This document shows, piece after piece, positions 25,151 to 39,520 of a DNA stretch of 64,000 nucleotides. The stretch is from Octopus sinensis. Taxonomy: Eukaryota. How positions within the stretch are numbered: position 1 is the stretch's first letter; each line of letters starts with the position of its first letter. The notes under the pieces were generated by a model. The model saw only the letters and a list, made by a program, of their open reading frames with translations, was not told where the DNA came from and made no database searches. The position numbers and the translations under genes were made by a program. The stretch covers positions 120,528,001 to 120,592,000 of the forward strand of contig NC_042998.1 of the NCBI RefSeq assembly GCF_006345805.1. Reading direction: 5' to 3'.

Positions 25151-26492
25151 TTAGTACTATTACTAAGTTTTTGAGGGATTTGTTCTTTCTTTTAGTATTA
25201 CTTCTTTTTTTTTTTTAATTTCATTTCCACTGTTGTACCCTTTGGGTGGGGTTAACCTGCAAGCCTCTATACTAAACTTTTTCTAAAGTTTTAGCAGATT
25301 TACAACTGTCACACCTTGTTATCTACATCTATTTACCCTGCTTTATCAATGTAGCCCCTTACCAATATTCTACATAGAATATGTACTGAGTTCTAAATTT
25401 TATGATTATTGCTTGATGTAAATGGCCAGTTAAGACTTATTTGAAAACCTTACTATTTGCAGATTTCTGAGTATCCATTACCTCTTTAGAAAATAAGATT
25501 ATATATAATATAAATATTTATCTTTGTTATAATCACTACCCACATATATTTTTACAGCTTTCAGTCACCCTGTACAACAGTCCCCGTGTTACTACTATGT
25601 TATCTACAACTGTTTGTTCCACTATTTGCATTACTAAATATGTATCACATTCTATAAATAATGCAACTTGCTTTCACCTTGCACATACACACACACTGTG
25701 TACTTTTCTTACATATATCCTACCTACATATGCAACCAGAAGTTGTATTGTGCAAACCATTGTGTATTCTATCAACTGCAGTTATTGCCCTGTACAGATT
25801 GCAATGTATTTACCACATCAACTAGTGCAAGCTGTTACATTGTACAAATCTCTGCACATCTATTATAGCTACTAACTGCAGTCACATATTACTCTGAAAA
25901 TATTGTACGTTGATGTAACAACTGGTGGTTTGGTTCCTTGAACAGAGCACTATGTTAGAAAGTGGCAGTTATGACTGTATGAAAGGCAATATAACTATGC
26001 AGGCACCCAATTCAGTGTAATTCCCATCCCTCTCATTTGCATGCACATACACACATGCACACATGCATATAATTTTTTTTATTATTCAATAGATTGCTGC
26101 AGTTGTGAAGAGAATAATATAAGCATTGACTAAACTGTGAAGGTAGTTTCCCAGTGCAACTACCAGTCACCTAGTTCCTTACCTTGATGCTACCATCAGT
26201 TACATAGCCCCCTTATACTGCCATCAATTAGATCACCCACCCCTATACTATCATCAATCTATGTTCAGTAATAATAGTTGGTTTCAAGATCAAGTCAGTC
26301 TTTATATGAACACTTGATCGAGATTTATCACTGCCTCGCTAACAAATAAACTACAAAAAGATTTATAGAGGACTTGTAAGATACACAGGACATCTATATA
26401 CTATTTTGTATTTTATATACACATGTAGTGGGGTGGGTTTTTCATAATGTATTCCTTAGAAAGGAAATGTGTTTCTTTTGATGTTCATTGCC

Positions 26493-26526
<34 letters not shown>

Positions 26527-26908
26527 GTAGAATTAGAAATAGTACAGTATTATATACTTGGTACAGTATCGTATATTTGAAAAAATGAATAAGAATGGCT
26601 TTTTGGATAATTTTTCTACTTTAATAATTAGATGTTTAAAAATCATTAAGTGTTTATTCAAAACAGTCGTGATTTGTAAATACCCAATGATTTATAAACA
26701 TCTAATTATTAAAGTGGAAAAATTATCAGAAAAGCCATTCGTATTCATTTCTCCAATGTGTGTGTGTGTACACACACATCCATTCCTTGCAAGCAGCCTG
26801 CAACTAGTGAGATCAACCCTGTGGATCAAAGAGTAGATTGTTTGGTTTAAAAGCATAACTCCTTTCATACACCTTAGTGTATGGAGGGAGTTGTGCTTTT
26901 AATGTGTA

Positions 26909-26955
<47 letters not shown>

Positions 26956-28637
26956 AAAGAACAAGCACAAGAAATAAAACAACAACGCAAGGATATGGTA
27001 CATGCAAAGTATTAGTAGATACTCAGAGAAGGAAAGAAAGGTGGAACTAAAGAATATTGCAATTTTAATAAAATAACCAATTGACTTTTATGTGTGCAAA
27101 AAGGCACACATTATCTGATTTCTGTGTTGTTGTTGTCATTGTGTTTGCATGCAGCTTTTCAGACACCTTAATTTTTTTTTTTTTTTTGTAGAACTGGCAT
27201 AATTCTTTATGTGTAGTTTCTAATTTAGGGGAAATATAATTGTATATTATCATTAAGGAAATCATTGTTATTGTTGTATGAATTAAAATTAGTAATGCTG
27301 GTTAAAATACCTTGAGGTGCTTGTTTTATGTCCTTTTACTGACTGGGCTGAAATTCTGTCAAGTAAACTTTTCATCTTTCCTGGGTCAATAGAGTAAAGT
27401 ACCTGTTGAGAACTGGGGTTGATTAAATTGACTTCACCTCTCCCTACAACTGCAGCTCTATCTTAGTTAAAAGAAATCTTTATGAAAAAAAATCATCATC
27501 ATTGTTGCTGCTTCTATGATTTCTCTGTATGTAAGAAATCAGATATGCCTGTATATGTGTATATCTGATTGCTTACTTAGGTAAATAAGTTTTTGATTCT
27601 GTGAGTGTAGCAACTTCAGTGATGGTGCAAATAGTTATGTAGCTCTTCTTGTGTTACTGAAGCAAGAACTACATAGCTTTACTTCGTTCCTTCACTGACA
27701 TCAATCAATGAAACACAGTATGTAATGAAATGGTGCTTTGAGAGGTTACACATTTATGATCAATGTTATTGACAGATCACCTGTACACAATATCAGTGAA
27801 GTATATGTTTTAACAGATGGGTGCTCTTTTTACTACTAACCTCTTATCTATGAATTTGAAAACTTGCCTATTTTTTCATTTAGACAGACAGGTAGTGTAG
27901 TGTGGATTTACTTGGCCTGGGACACAGCATCTAAATCTATATAATAATGAAAAATAATATAGTTATATAGTATTAACACATATGAGTGTTAATAGATTTA
28001 GATCAAACATAACTCTCTTAAATAAGAAGATATGAAAAATATGAGAAATCCTGTTAAATCCTTCAGAAGTTATGACTGATTTTGTCAATACTCATATTTA
28101 ATATTCTTATATGTGGACTTTATCATCACATGTACAGTCTCCAGCTGAAGACTATACTGTCACATGAATGAACCATCCTTTCATGTGAAGGACTGCCTCA
28201 TCACATGGGTGACTGTTCAGAGATCAGGAATCTTCATTAATGTTGCTATTGTTATATAACTAAGAACATAATGCTTGACACGATAAGTTTAGTAGTCAGC
28301 TGATAAACTGACTTTGTCTCCAGGACTCAGTTATTTAAAAGAGCTGTTTAACAAATAAGAGAATATTATGCCATTTTCATATGTGCTTTTTGTACTAGAC
28401 TGTTGATGACCAGCAGACTTAAATTAACTATAAGTCTAAGATGTGAACTGTTAGTGACCAATAAATGTAGACTGCTTGTTACCAGTAGACTAAATTAATT
28501 CTAGATCTTAAATATAAACTGTCAATAGACTAAATTATAGTAAAAAAACGACAAATGTTAGACACCATTAAAGTACACATTGTCTTTATTGGTAACTTAA
28601 AATCTACCAGGAAATCTGCTTTACTAGTTGTCTTTAT

Positions 28638-28835
28638 TACTGCACAGTTTACAGTTCCTGCTACACAGGTTATGATAAAACTGCATATTTTATGTTTACT
28701 GCACAGTTAATGATGTTCCAGCACAGTTTACAATTTTACTGCACCATTTGTGATGTTACCGATCAGTTTAATTCCATTATTGCACAATTTGTGGTGTTAC
28801 TGTTCAATTTACAATGTCACTGCACAGTTTATATA
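28638..28835 (+). repeat. 20-bp degenerate minisatellite, about 10 units
   Basis: TACTGCACAGTTTATGATGT-like units. Confidence 0.75.
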
Positions 28836-29252
28836 TTGCTTATTGCTGTGATTTATAATACTTCAGTTGTTTGCTCTTTGATCTGTAACAGTTACCCAGT
28901 ATTGTGTGTGCGTGTGTGTAACATTTTATTTGTTTTCACTATTGAACTAATCGATGTTCAGTGATTTAAGACTTACACATTAACTTCAAGCAATGTTGTT
29001 TTGTTTTTCTCCTGCTAGTTTGTTTCTATTTAAAATATATATATTTTAAATATGTCTGTTCTCTATACACTCTATTATCCTTGTTTTCATTCTGAGCATA
29101 ATTTTTATTTCGTTGCATAGACTGCAAAATTGAAAGAGAGGCATATCAGCCATTAGATCTTCTTTTATGAATGTTTTTGTTCTATTTTTATCATTTAACT
29201 CCTCTACTCTTTAAGGATCATGTGCTTATGCTGGGCATCATCATCATCATCA

Positions 29253-29303
<51 letters not shown>

Positions 29304-29304
<1 letters not shown>

Positions 29305-29530
29305 GGCAGCAAGATTGCAGAATCGTTAACACATCAGGCAAAATACTCTGAAACATTTTGTCTGTCTCTACATTCTGAGTTCAGGTTCTGCCAAGATTAA
29401 CTTTTCCTTTCATCCTTTTGGGGTCAATAAAATAAGTACTAGTTGAGCAATAGAGTCAGTGTAATTGACCACCCCATCCCCCCCAAAAAAAATTTCAGGC
29501 CATGTGCCTGTAGTAGAAAAGATTATTATT
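29304..29530 (+). mobile_element. tRNA-derived SINE, family A, between (ATT)n tracts
   Basis: Full-length family A match. Confidence 0.85.
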
Positions 29531-29985
29531 ATTATCATCATCATCATCATCATTGGTAGTGTATTAGGCTTGAGAATCAAGGTAGCACCAGACAAAATAC
29601 TTTGTTTTATTTAGTTGTATAGCTCTTTATGTTCTGAGTTCAAGTCATTATGACTGATGTTTTCTTTCTTTCCAGATCAAAAACATACCAGTTTTAGGAT
29701 CACTCTAAATGGGAAATCTCCCTTTCTACAAATTTTTTCATCTTGTGCCTATCTTTGAAATCCTTATCACAATAATTTCAGAATATCTGGTATATGAGCC
29801 CTTTACTCTGATGTATTGTTGATTAACAAGACTTAGTCATTACCCATGTAATATACTGTTGAGATTTACTCAGGGTTATTTTGATAGCATTTAAGAAAAC
29901 GGACCTTTTCTTAGTATCATTTACTTCCAGCAAAGTTTATTTTATCATTTTCACTTTTATCAATTTTCTTTTCACTTTTTTATAG

Positions 29986-30200
29986 GAACAAACTGAGCCT
30001 GGTTCAACATCAGCTTCTTCATCATTAACTCAAGCTAGTACCACTACTACTAATACTACAACTAGCACAACTGCTGGAAGTGGAGATCAAGCAGAAACAA
30101 CAGAAGAGCAGACAAAGGGTTCGAGTGGTGGTGGAGGAGGAGGAGGCAGCAGCAGCAGCGGAGATGTAGCAAATAAAGAAAAATATATTCTTAAAAGAAA
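29986..30200 (+). CDS. TRIO: Trio exon C: Thr/Ser/Gly low-complexity linker running into the DH2 start
   Basis: Long pyrimidine tract, tatag|GAA...AGA AA|gtaagt, 215 nt, phase 0-2. Ends GGGGGGGSSSSGDVANKEKYILKR. Confidence 0.9.
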
Positions 30201-30899
30201 GTAAGTCCTGTCAGTAAGAAAGCTTTCCTTTAGTTTTGATCTGCACAAATATTCCCTAATATGGTATTGTTTGATATATAGACATTTTAAACAACAATCT
30301 GAAATAAAGAGACAAAGGCCCACTGCCAGGTCTCGACCCATGTATCTATAATTTACTGAGCAATAGATATATATATTTCCAGTTCTTGTCAAGGGACATA
30401 TGACATTTTTTAATCTCAAATTATTGCTTTATGATATCTAATATAATTTACATAAACATCTCAACAGTTGATACATCAGATTGTGTTTATATCTTTAACA
30501 CAAGACTGGATTATATATTTTTGCTATAAACCTGTGTTTGTGTAGCAAACTAGTTGTGTTTATGTTTCAAATTTGTGAAAACGGAGATGCTTTATCCATT
30601 TGTCAGAAAGATACTGGTAATAAATGAAAACATGCCAACAAGGCCACATCCAAAGAGAGCCACCCAACTAATTGGTATGCAGTAATGTACCAACACTCTT
30701 CACCATCTATCTCCCTGACATGGTATTACTTTGCTTTATCAAGGGTGAATTGGTAGAGTTATTGGACAAAATACCTAACAATATTTGTCAAATCCCACTA
30801 AGGTCAACTTTGTTTTTCATTCTCTCAGGCTTGATAAAAAATGTACTCGGCTAGATGGTTTACAGTATTTGCTCCAATCCTGTGTTCTAAGTTGTTAAT

Positions 30900-31300
30900 T
30901 CCACTATGGCCTATTTGGCTGATAGACTTTTAATCTGTCATCTGGATTATTACCACCACTGGCTTTTCCAGTGTCCACTCTGTTGCAAGCACTTGGGCCA
31001 GGTCTCTGATTTGAGGATATCTTCCCTTCCACCTTCAATCCATATACTCACAGTCCCAGAAGCCCAAACATTGCCTTCTCTCCAGACTTATATATAAAAT
31101 GTTTTTTTTTATAATTATATCTCTTTAGAGCTGACTTGTATTTTATCCATGATCTTCTCAAGCCTCACATTAACTATTTTTTCTTGTCTTCTACTGCAAC
31201 ACATCAGCCCCTTTGGAATTCTCTTCTTCTTCATGTTTCTCTTACAATTGTAAACTGGGGGCTGTTCAAGAGGAACATCAACAAATTCAGTCTCCTTGTT
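30900..31300 (+). mobile_element. CR1/Jockey-like LINE 3' end remnant
   Basis: FFLSSTATHQPLWNSLLLHV...LFKRNINK resembles the SFF.RT..LWNSLP...FKR.IN ORF2 terminus. Confidence 0.5.
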
Positions 31301-32116
31301 CTTGAAGGGCCTGCGAATGTCATGAGCAAAGCTCCTTCTTCAAGAACAAATCATTAAAAATAAAAAGTAAAGACATTTGAAACAGTCAGTGGCACTGCTG
31401 TTGTTGATACTTAGTGATATCATGCTGTATTAATCCAAGTCGTATATTTCATCTCTCTACTTCTTAACTCCTCTTTAGCTCATCAGAAGAAATGAAGCCA
31501 TAACTGGACATGTAAGTGGATAGCCAAAGCTGTAAGGCTATTGATAACTGTGTTAGGTTTGAACTGGATTTGAATACCGTTCTCAGATTAATTATTTAGT
31601 TCCACATCAACACATAGTTAAGTATAAGCAATTTCTGTTGTTTCTAATAAAATTTATCAGCTTAACCACCACCCTCACTACCACTAAAACCACCATTATC
31701 ATCAACCAGAATCACCACATCATTATCATAAAAAAAAACACCACATCCATCACAAACATCACTGCAACCATCACCACCTTCAAAAACCTTCAGTTTGTTC
31801 TGGTTTGTAAGTCTGGACCCAACTCCATCTTTTGGTTTTATTTCCAGCAATGTGTGTCCATATATTATGTTACAATAAACTTGTGACATGTGGAATGTTG
31901 GCTGAGTAGACCTATGGTCAAAGGCTTTCTTGCCATAACCGCCCAGTCTATTGTCTCAGTTTACATTATACCTACTTTCACATTCCATTTCTTTTTCTTT
32001 GAAGACAAATAGTATGTGTGATTTGAGAAAGATTTAACTGCTGTTCACTTATCATCATCATCATCATCATCATCATTGATATAGCCTTCAGTAACAATAC
32101 TTGTTTCTCTTTTCAG

Positions 32117-32183
32117 TTATGTGATAAAAGAGTTGGTTGAAACTGAGAGGGACTATGTTAAAGACCTTGGTCTTATTATTGAG
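32117..32183 (+). CDS. TRIO: Trio exon D: DH2 conserved region 1
   Basis: tttcag|T TAT...GAG|gtaagt, 67 nt, phase 2-0. (N)YVIKELVETERDYVKDLGLIIE is a canonical Dbl-homology CR1. Confidence 0.96.
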
Positions 32184-32604
32184 GTAAGTTGATATTAAAT
32201 ATTGAGACTCTATCTGTCAACTTTAATATCAAGTGAACTCTACATGTACATAGAGAGATTGTATGTGTGTATAACTGTCATTTGAGATGGTAACTATATA
32301 CAATTAGTTAACATCCTGTATTAAATAGATGCACATTTTTGACTGTAGAACATTCTGGTAGATATACATCTGGGTAAAGCAACTATAGGTATTGGAAAAT
32401 TTGTCATTGTTATATCACTATGTCTGGCCTTAAGGTTGTTGTTGAGCACCAGGTAAATCCTGATGCAAGTCATTGTATTGACATGTAAGTGAATAGCCAA
32501 AGCAGTAGGGCTGTTGATATACATGTAATATAATTGATCCAACAATTGAACCCTCATCATTGTAACTGATCCAGTTTATATATAAACACACACATGCACA
32601 CACA

Positions 32605-32647
<43 letters not shown>

Positions 32648-32677
32648 TGTGTACTGTCAGTTACATATGTGTGTGTG

Positions 32678-32712
<35 letters not shown>

Positions 32713-32716
<4 letters not shown>

Positions 32717-32890
32717 TTATCGTTTAACATGTTTTCCATGCTGGCATGGATTGGATGGTTTGAAAGGAGCTGGAGAGCTGTCCAAGCTCCAGTTGTCTGT
32801 TTTGGCATGGTTTCTATGGCTAGATGTCCTTCCTAACGCCAACCACTTTACAGAGTATGCTGGGTGCTTTTTATGTGTTACTGGCATGAG
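32713..32890 (-). mobile_element. Family C retroposon 3' end
   Basis: tttccatgctggcatggattgg...ccttcctaacgccaaccac. Confidence 0.8.
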
Positions 32891-33218
32891 TGTGGTGACA
32901 TATATATATTGGTAAATTATTGAAAATGGCCTTGGTGCTTACAGGTTTTCGGTTAGCTAGTCAAATAGTTTGTTGGGGAAGGTCTAGCTGCAACTTTATA
33001 TGGTATCAATGACTTACATAGGAACTCTGTCATTTGGTTTGTGACTTATCCTATATTGTTTATCTTTTGTTGTAAACTATTCAGTTTGTCAGATTTTCTG
33101 AACATACTTTCATTGCATATTATTTCATCTCTATTGCTATCATTATCCTTATCGTCATCATCATCATGTTTGTATTCCAATATGGCAGTTTTATGTAATA
33201 AATTTCTGTTGTATTCAG

Positions 33219-33322
33219 GGCTACATGGGCTACCTTAAAGAGAATCCATTGAGAGACGGCATGGAAGGAAAAGATAAGATAATATTTGGTAATATTCATC
33301 AGATATATGATTGGCATCGAGA
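33219..33322 (+). CDS. TRIO: Trio exon E: DH2
   Basis: attcag|GGC...CGA GA|gtaagt, 104 nt, phase 0-2. [34 protein letters not shown]; [17 protein letters not shown] is characteristic of Trio/Kalirin GEF2. Confidence 0.97.
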
Positions 33323-34413
33323 GTAAGTATCATGTTATCTTTAGATCCTCTCTCAAACTGATGTTTAACTACACAAACGTTCACATATGCACACTCACAC
33401 ATTCATAGATTGATACACACACACATCCACACATATTCTCTCTCATACACACACACACACACTTACATTCACTTAATCACTCTCAAATTCATACCCACAC
33501 TCATTCACATCCATACACTTGCAAGTACATTCTCACACATACTTACAAGTGTGTGTGAATTTACAAATGAAATGTACTCAGTACTGCACCAGAGTATAGT
33601 AATTTATGGAGTGTTGAAATTTGCAGTTAGTTATGTAAGTAATGATACTCCAACTCATATAACTCATTCATATGAGCAAACTCTAAATTGCTTGCTAATT
33701 TATTCTTTGGAAATAATTATTACATATCATATTGCTGCTGCAAGTGTGTCAACAACTATTACCCGGTTTATTTGCCAGCACCCACCTCCCCTGCACATAT
33801 GCCATGGCTACCCTTCATAGAGTGGGTTGACTGTATTTGACTGCCACAGTACTATTTTGGAGAAGGGAGTTGTTTGATAGCCACATCTCTCTCTCTCTCT
33901 TTTATATATATATATATACACACTGACACACACACACATACATTGTTGTTAATGCACCAGGATAGGGGTTGGATAATCCAGATGCCACCAAATATTCACA
34001 TGCAAAATTAATGTTAATAAAGTGATTAAAATGTCAAGTAGTGTAAGATGAGGTGAAGTAGAATTCTAACTTTTGTAGCAGATCTCTTCTCTGGAAAATA
34101 GCAAAGCGTCACTAACTGAAACAATAGAACTCTCAGTAAGGTGAAGTCTCTGTGGAGCTGCTTGACCTACTAGAAATAGCAGGCAAATCCTCAGGTCACA
34201 CTTTATTATCTTAGAAAAACGAGAACACAATGGATAATGTGTGCTTAGGAAAAAGATAGAATGGTCAACATTTGGAATATCCTTCATTATATTTCTGCAT
34301 GATCAAAGCTTACCTGTGGCTAAATAACAACATGCAATTTTCAGATCCTTGCAACACAATAAATATTCCTGCTTGTGAACTTTATTGAGCTGGCATATGT
34401 CAATATAAACACA

Positions 34414-34585
<172 letters not shown>

Positions 34586-34666
34586 CTTTCATTAGTTTCA
34601 TCAGTCTTCTTTTTTATATTGTTTATCCATTGTGTTATTTTTTTATCTATATATTTTTCTTTTCAG

Positions 34667-34736
34667 AATATTTCAACCTGAATTAGAAAAATGTATAGAA
34701 GAACCTGATAAGCTAGGATCTGTGTTTGTAAGATAT
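34667..34736 (+). CDS. TRIO: Trio exon F: DH2
   Basis: tttcag|A ATA...TAT|gtgagt, 70 nt, phase 2-0. (E)IFQPELEKCIEEPDKLGSVFVRY. Confidence 0.96.
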
Positions 34737-37416
34737 GTGAGTATCTTTAACTCTTTGTTACTAATTCACAGTTACTAGTAATTAATATGGTAATAAGTTA
34801 TCTATATTTGAAAGATACTTTTTCTAGTTACCTATCAACAGTGTTTCAGTAAACTTTATACTATTGTGCTAGTTTCTACCAACAGTACAGAAGTAAATGT
34901 TACTGTATACCATTATACTACTGTGCTAGTTACTAGTTACAGTAGACAAGTTAATAATACTATACACTATTCTAATATCTACCAACAGTGCATCATGAAA
35001 GGTTACTATTTATTAACAGTACATAGTAAACAATACTGGATATTATTGTATTACACTTTTCCAAGTACAAATTAAATACACTTAAAGCAAGTTTAATTAA
35101 GCTCAAAGTAAATTAAAATAAGCTTGAAGTAAATTAAAATGGCACCCCACTTTGATGCCTTTATCTAATGAGTAATAAATTACAGTTCAATTTTAAACTT
35201 TCATGAGAATAATCTATTTTGGAAATACATAACACAGCTACTGTTATCACAAATACAACTGTTACAGTGAAATCATTCTTCAGTCAATATGTCTTACTGT
35301 ATAGTTTGTTGGGATGCAGTCAGTCCTTATATTGAATGTAAATGCTAATTGTTGGCATTCATTTAAATCGCTCAAGTGACTCAGTATTTTCATGTTCAAT
35401 CTTCTGGACTTTGTTATGGACAGCTCTGCAATACAAATGTGGTACACAGTCTCTGCTTACCCAACTATATGCTATTGTCTTCTTAAAAACCATGTACAAT
35501 AGCAATAGAGTCCTAGTCTTCTCATTCAGTGGCAGACAGTACATGCATACAAGTTTCAAGTACAAACTTCTTGTACGCCCCACACCTACTTGCTTCCCTG
35601 TTTGACACAGTACTTGTAACTTGAGATAAGCTATCTTGCTCTGAGACTGGCTTTCAGCATCTGTAAATAAACACAGCATTGTAAACCTAAGTCAAATGAT
35701 GAAATGAATTCAAGCTTGAAACAAAACAGCATAAGACCTAACAATTTAAGATATAGACATCTGTTGTTTTATCTCATTATCTGCTGTTTAATTTGCTCAG
35801 TGGTAATTTTAGTTTGCTTCAAGGTTATTCTAATTTGTTTCAAGATTAACATGCTTTGAGTTTATTTTAATTTGTACCTGCGGAGGTATACATTCATACA
35901 TGTCAACATTACATAGTAAGCATTATTATATACTGCTGTATTCATTTCACAAGATACGTGATCACTTTAGTAGGTAAGAAGAGTCTAATAAACTGGAACA
36001 CTTTACTAAACCAAGAAGTATTGAATGAACTGTTTAATTACGATTTTATATTGTATCAAGTGTTTTAGTTGTATCTCTATATCTGGTGTATATTGTTTGA
36101 TATTTCTAGAAGAATGCAGATGAGAGTAATGCAGTTATTAATCAGTTACAGTTGTTTTGCTATTTAGTGGAAATTTTACATCAATGAACACATTAGATTA
36201 TACAAATGAAAAGAGTTATGTAAACCCATATAATATTAAATGAAATTTTCCACCAACCGTCTCTGTCAGTCTTGGTGTAACATATGTAGCTGATATTGGT
36301 TAAACAAATATGGGAAAACAAGGTACTTATAAGATCATAGTAATGAATTAAATAGTAAGTTATCACACTATCAGGAAGACACCCAAATGGAGCAACTATG
36401 AAGACAAAGTATCATCTTAGTCCCCATTCATTGGAGCTATTGTAAACTGCCATATTTAGGGAACTAAAAATTTATTGTATGCATGTATACTAGTGGAGAG
36501 ATAAGTAGACTAAGAAAATATGATGGAGAAGTTGAAAGAGGTGAGAGTTTACTAATATATTCTAGGAAGTACCATTAATAGGAGGAGGAAAAATATAAAG
36601 AGAAAATCAGAACAGATAAGATTTAAAAGGATGAAAACAACTAATTAGAATAACAGTACAGAATACAGTTGTAAGGCTACCACTAGAATTATGGTTTGAT
36701 ATTATTAGATGAATTAGATCTGAAATTAAATAAAATTATTAGTTAAAGAATTTAAAAAATTAGCTATTCAAGAAAAATTTTTAAGCTGGAACTATTAAGG
36801 TGGTGAGAACATTTTATATGGAATCACTTGTGGTAGAGCTGGAGCAACACAAGAATCGGCTGGAGAAATCCAGATATACTGAGGAGTCCGCAAAATAAAT
36901 TTACATATATTAGCCAGAGAAATCCCGATGTACCAAGTGGGTGATAGGTGAACCATGATATGGTGAGGGATGATTGATGTTTAACCTTCCAAAGCCTTAA
37001 GATTCCAGAAATATCCAAAACTGCATTAATTCCAAAACAGATTTAAGCCATGTAATATTTCTCTTACATAATCTATTTCTGCCAATTTTATTATTGTTGA
37101 GTGATGTGCGGATTCTGCTCTCATGTGATACATATACACCTGAATTGTGCCATAGCTAGAAGAGCGGAGGGATGAGTGTTGGGAAGATGAGAGGTGAGGA
37201 AAGACTTGAAGGGGTACAGGAGGGGGGCCCAGTAAGTATATAGAGATAAACAATGCTGTAGGATCTCATTTGCATTGAGATGGATGTGTTTTCTCAAGCA
37301 CAGCAACAGCAAATCCCCAATAGTCCTACTAATTTCTGTGTACAGTAAAAATCATCATCATGTTTATATATTAATTCAGTTACCATAGATTTTAAGCCAA
37401 CAATAGTTGGTTTAGT

Positions 37417-37850
37417 GGAGTGCTAAGAGCACCATCCGAGCGTGATCATTGCCAGAGAGGCTAACTGACTTCCATGCCAGTGGTACGTAAAAAGCACCGT
37501 TCGAGCTTGATCGTTACCAGCGTCACCTTACTGGCTCTTGTGCCGGTGGCACATGAAAAAACATTTGAGCGAGGTCGTTGCCAGTGCCGCTGGACTGGCT
37601 CCTGTGCAGGTAGCACGTAAAAAACACCATTTGAGCGTGGCTGTTGCCAGTACCGCCTGACTGGCCCTCGTGCTAGTGGCATGTAAAAGCAACCACTACA
37701 CTCTCAGAGTGGTTGGTGTTAGGAAGGGCATCCAGCTGTAGAAACCCTGTCAGATCAAGATTAGAGCGTGGTGTAGCCATCTGTTTCACCAGTCAAATCA
37801 TCCAACCCATGCTAGCATGGAAAGCGGACGTTAAACAATGATGATGTTGA
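37417..37850 (+). mobile_element. Family C retroposon with four ~65-bp internal tandem units
   Basis: GAGC-starting units at 37438, 37503, 37567 and 37633; canonical tail; many CpGs retained. Confidence 0.85.
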
Positions 37851-38241
37851 ATATAATAAAGGCTGTGAAGAGACTGTAAAAATATGTAAATAAAGTGTGA
37901 CGCTAAAACTTTTTTTCCTAGAACTTATTTTCCGTATTTCAAATATTTGCTATAATTAAATTAATTATTGATTCAAGCAATTATCAGTTCAAATAATTGT
38001 TTTTCCAAGCAACTGTTTTCAACAGATTGACACCAAAACATATTATATAGTATGTCTTTCGATCTAAATATTGTATATAGTGCATCATTTGATCTATATA
38101 ATATACAATGTTTTGTCATCGGTCTGTATATTCTTAAGTTTATTTTAACCTACAAAATCAAGGCTTGAAATATTAAAATTTTTAATAATTTTAAAGCAAT
38201 TCTTTCAGACTATATCTATAAATTCTTATTTTATATTTCAG

Positions 38242-38331
38242 GAAAGACGGTTGTATATGTATGTAAAATATTGTGAAAACAAACCAAAATCTGATTTTTT
38301 AGTTGCAGAATATATAGATTCATTTTTTGAG
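38242..38331 (+). CDS. TRIO: Trio exon G: DH2
   Basis: tttcag|GAA...GAG|gtaaaa, 90 nt, phase 0-0. [30 protein letters not shown]. Confidence 0.96.
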
Positions 38332-38965
38332 GTAAAAATTTTTTCATATTTTCACTTTATTATATTATTATAGTAACAACATATTATTATTATTGACATT
38401 AAGATTATTTGTTAACTGTGATTATAATTTGGTGGAGAAGAAGGCAGGAAAGGGGGAAATCATTTTGTCCACTTCTGTACATAAAATAATTATTGATCAT
38501 AGATAGCACTTTGCCACGACAGTGTGTTTTGAGGAAAGAGAGTGTGTATCTGTGTGACTGTATATGAAAGTAAGATATAAAAACAGTGTAAAGAAGGAAG
38601 ATGAGCAAAAAGTATTAAATATTCTCTTAAATTTTATTGCATTAAAACAAGAGTTTGTATCATAGAAACAAAGGCAGTATCAGTTATCCTGTACTAAAAA
38701 GGGTTTTAATAGTGAAGATGAATTTTGTGTAACTTAATAAACTGAGTAAAGATTATTTGCCAGATGATTGTTACTGTTATTTAGTCCCAGGAAAATCATC
38801 TCCAGCTGGCTATACGATGCACAAATCTTTACTCTAGAGTTCTGTTACTGAATGTCTCTTGTTCAAAGGTCTAGAAATAATAATTTTCTATTTATAAACT
38901 GAATTTTCCAGTTTGACTAATTTCTATTTTTGTGATAATTGACCAATTCTTTTCAATACTTCTAG

Positions 38966-39058
38966 GACATCAGACAAAAATTAGGTCATCGACTTCAGCT
39001 TCAAGACCTGCTTATCAAACCTGTTCAAAGAATTATGAAATATCAGCTTTTATTAAAG
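38966..39058 (+). CDS. TRIO: Trio exon H: DH2 conserved region 3
   Basis: ttctag|GAC...AAG|gtttgt, 93 nt, phase 0-0. [31 protein letters not shown]. Confidence 0.97.
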
Positions 39059-39391
39059 GTTTGTTGAAAATATCTTCTGAATTTCATTGTTTTATAATCT
39101 GTAAAGATCTGTTAAATATTTCACAAATTTTTGATAGAAGATATAATATTGTCTAATTTGTTTATTGTGTTAAGTTAATGGAGAAAAGCGATTCAATTAA
39201 AGGGACTATGTTAAACAAGATAACATATTGATATAACTAGATTTTCTAGAACCTTTATCCAGTTTTAATCATTGATAACTGGCTTCATTTTTTAAATTCT
39301 TTTTCGGGAATCTGGTAAAGATAACTCTGTCTTGTTTTGTGGGGAATCTTCATTGAATGTAAAATTATTCTACAAAATTTCTTTCCAACAG

Positions 39392-39520
39392 GATATTTTA
39401 ACACATACTCAGAAAGCTGGTTTGGATACTGCTGACATACAGAAGGCTGTGACTGTGATGTGTGTTGTACCAAAAGCTGCAAATGATATGATGCAGGTTG
39501 GCCGCCTACAAGGGTTTGAT
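39392..39520 (+). CDS. TRIO: Trio exon I: end of DH2
   Basis: ccaacag|GAT...GAT|gtaagt, 129 nt, phase 0-0. DILTHTQKAGLDTADIQKAVTVMCVVPKAANDMMQVGRLQGFD. Confidence 0.97.

Noticed and set aside
36220-37320. GC-richer stretch that may be an old L1/Tx1- or Penelope-type remnant
   Set aside because: Only a few weak peptide resemblances in broken frames; could not assign a class or strand.
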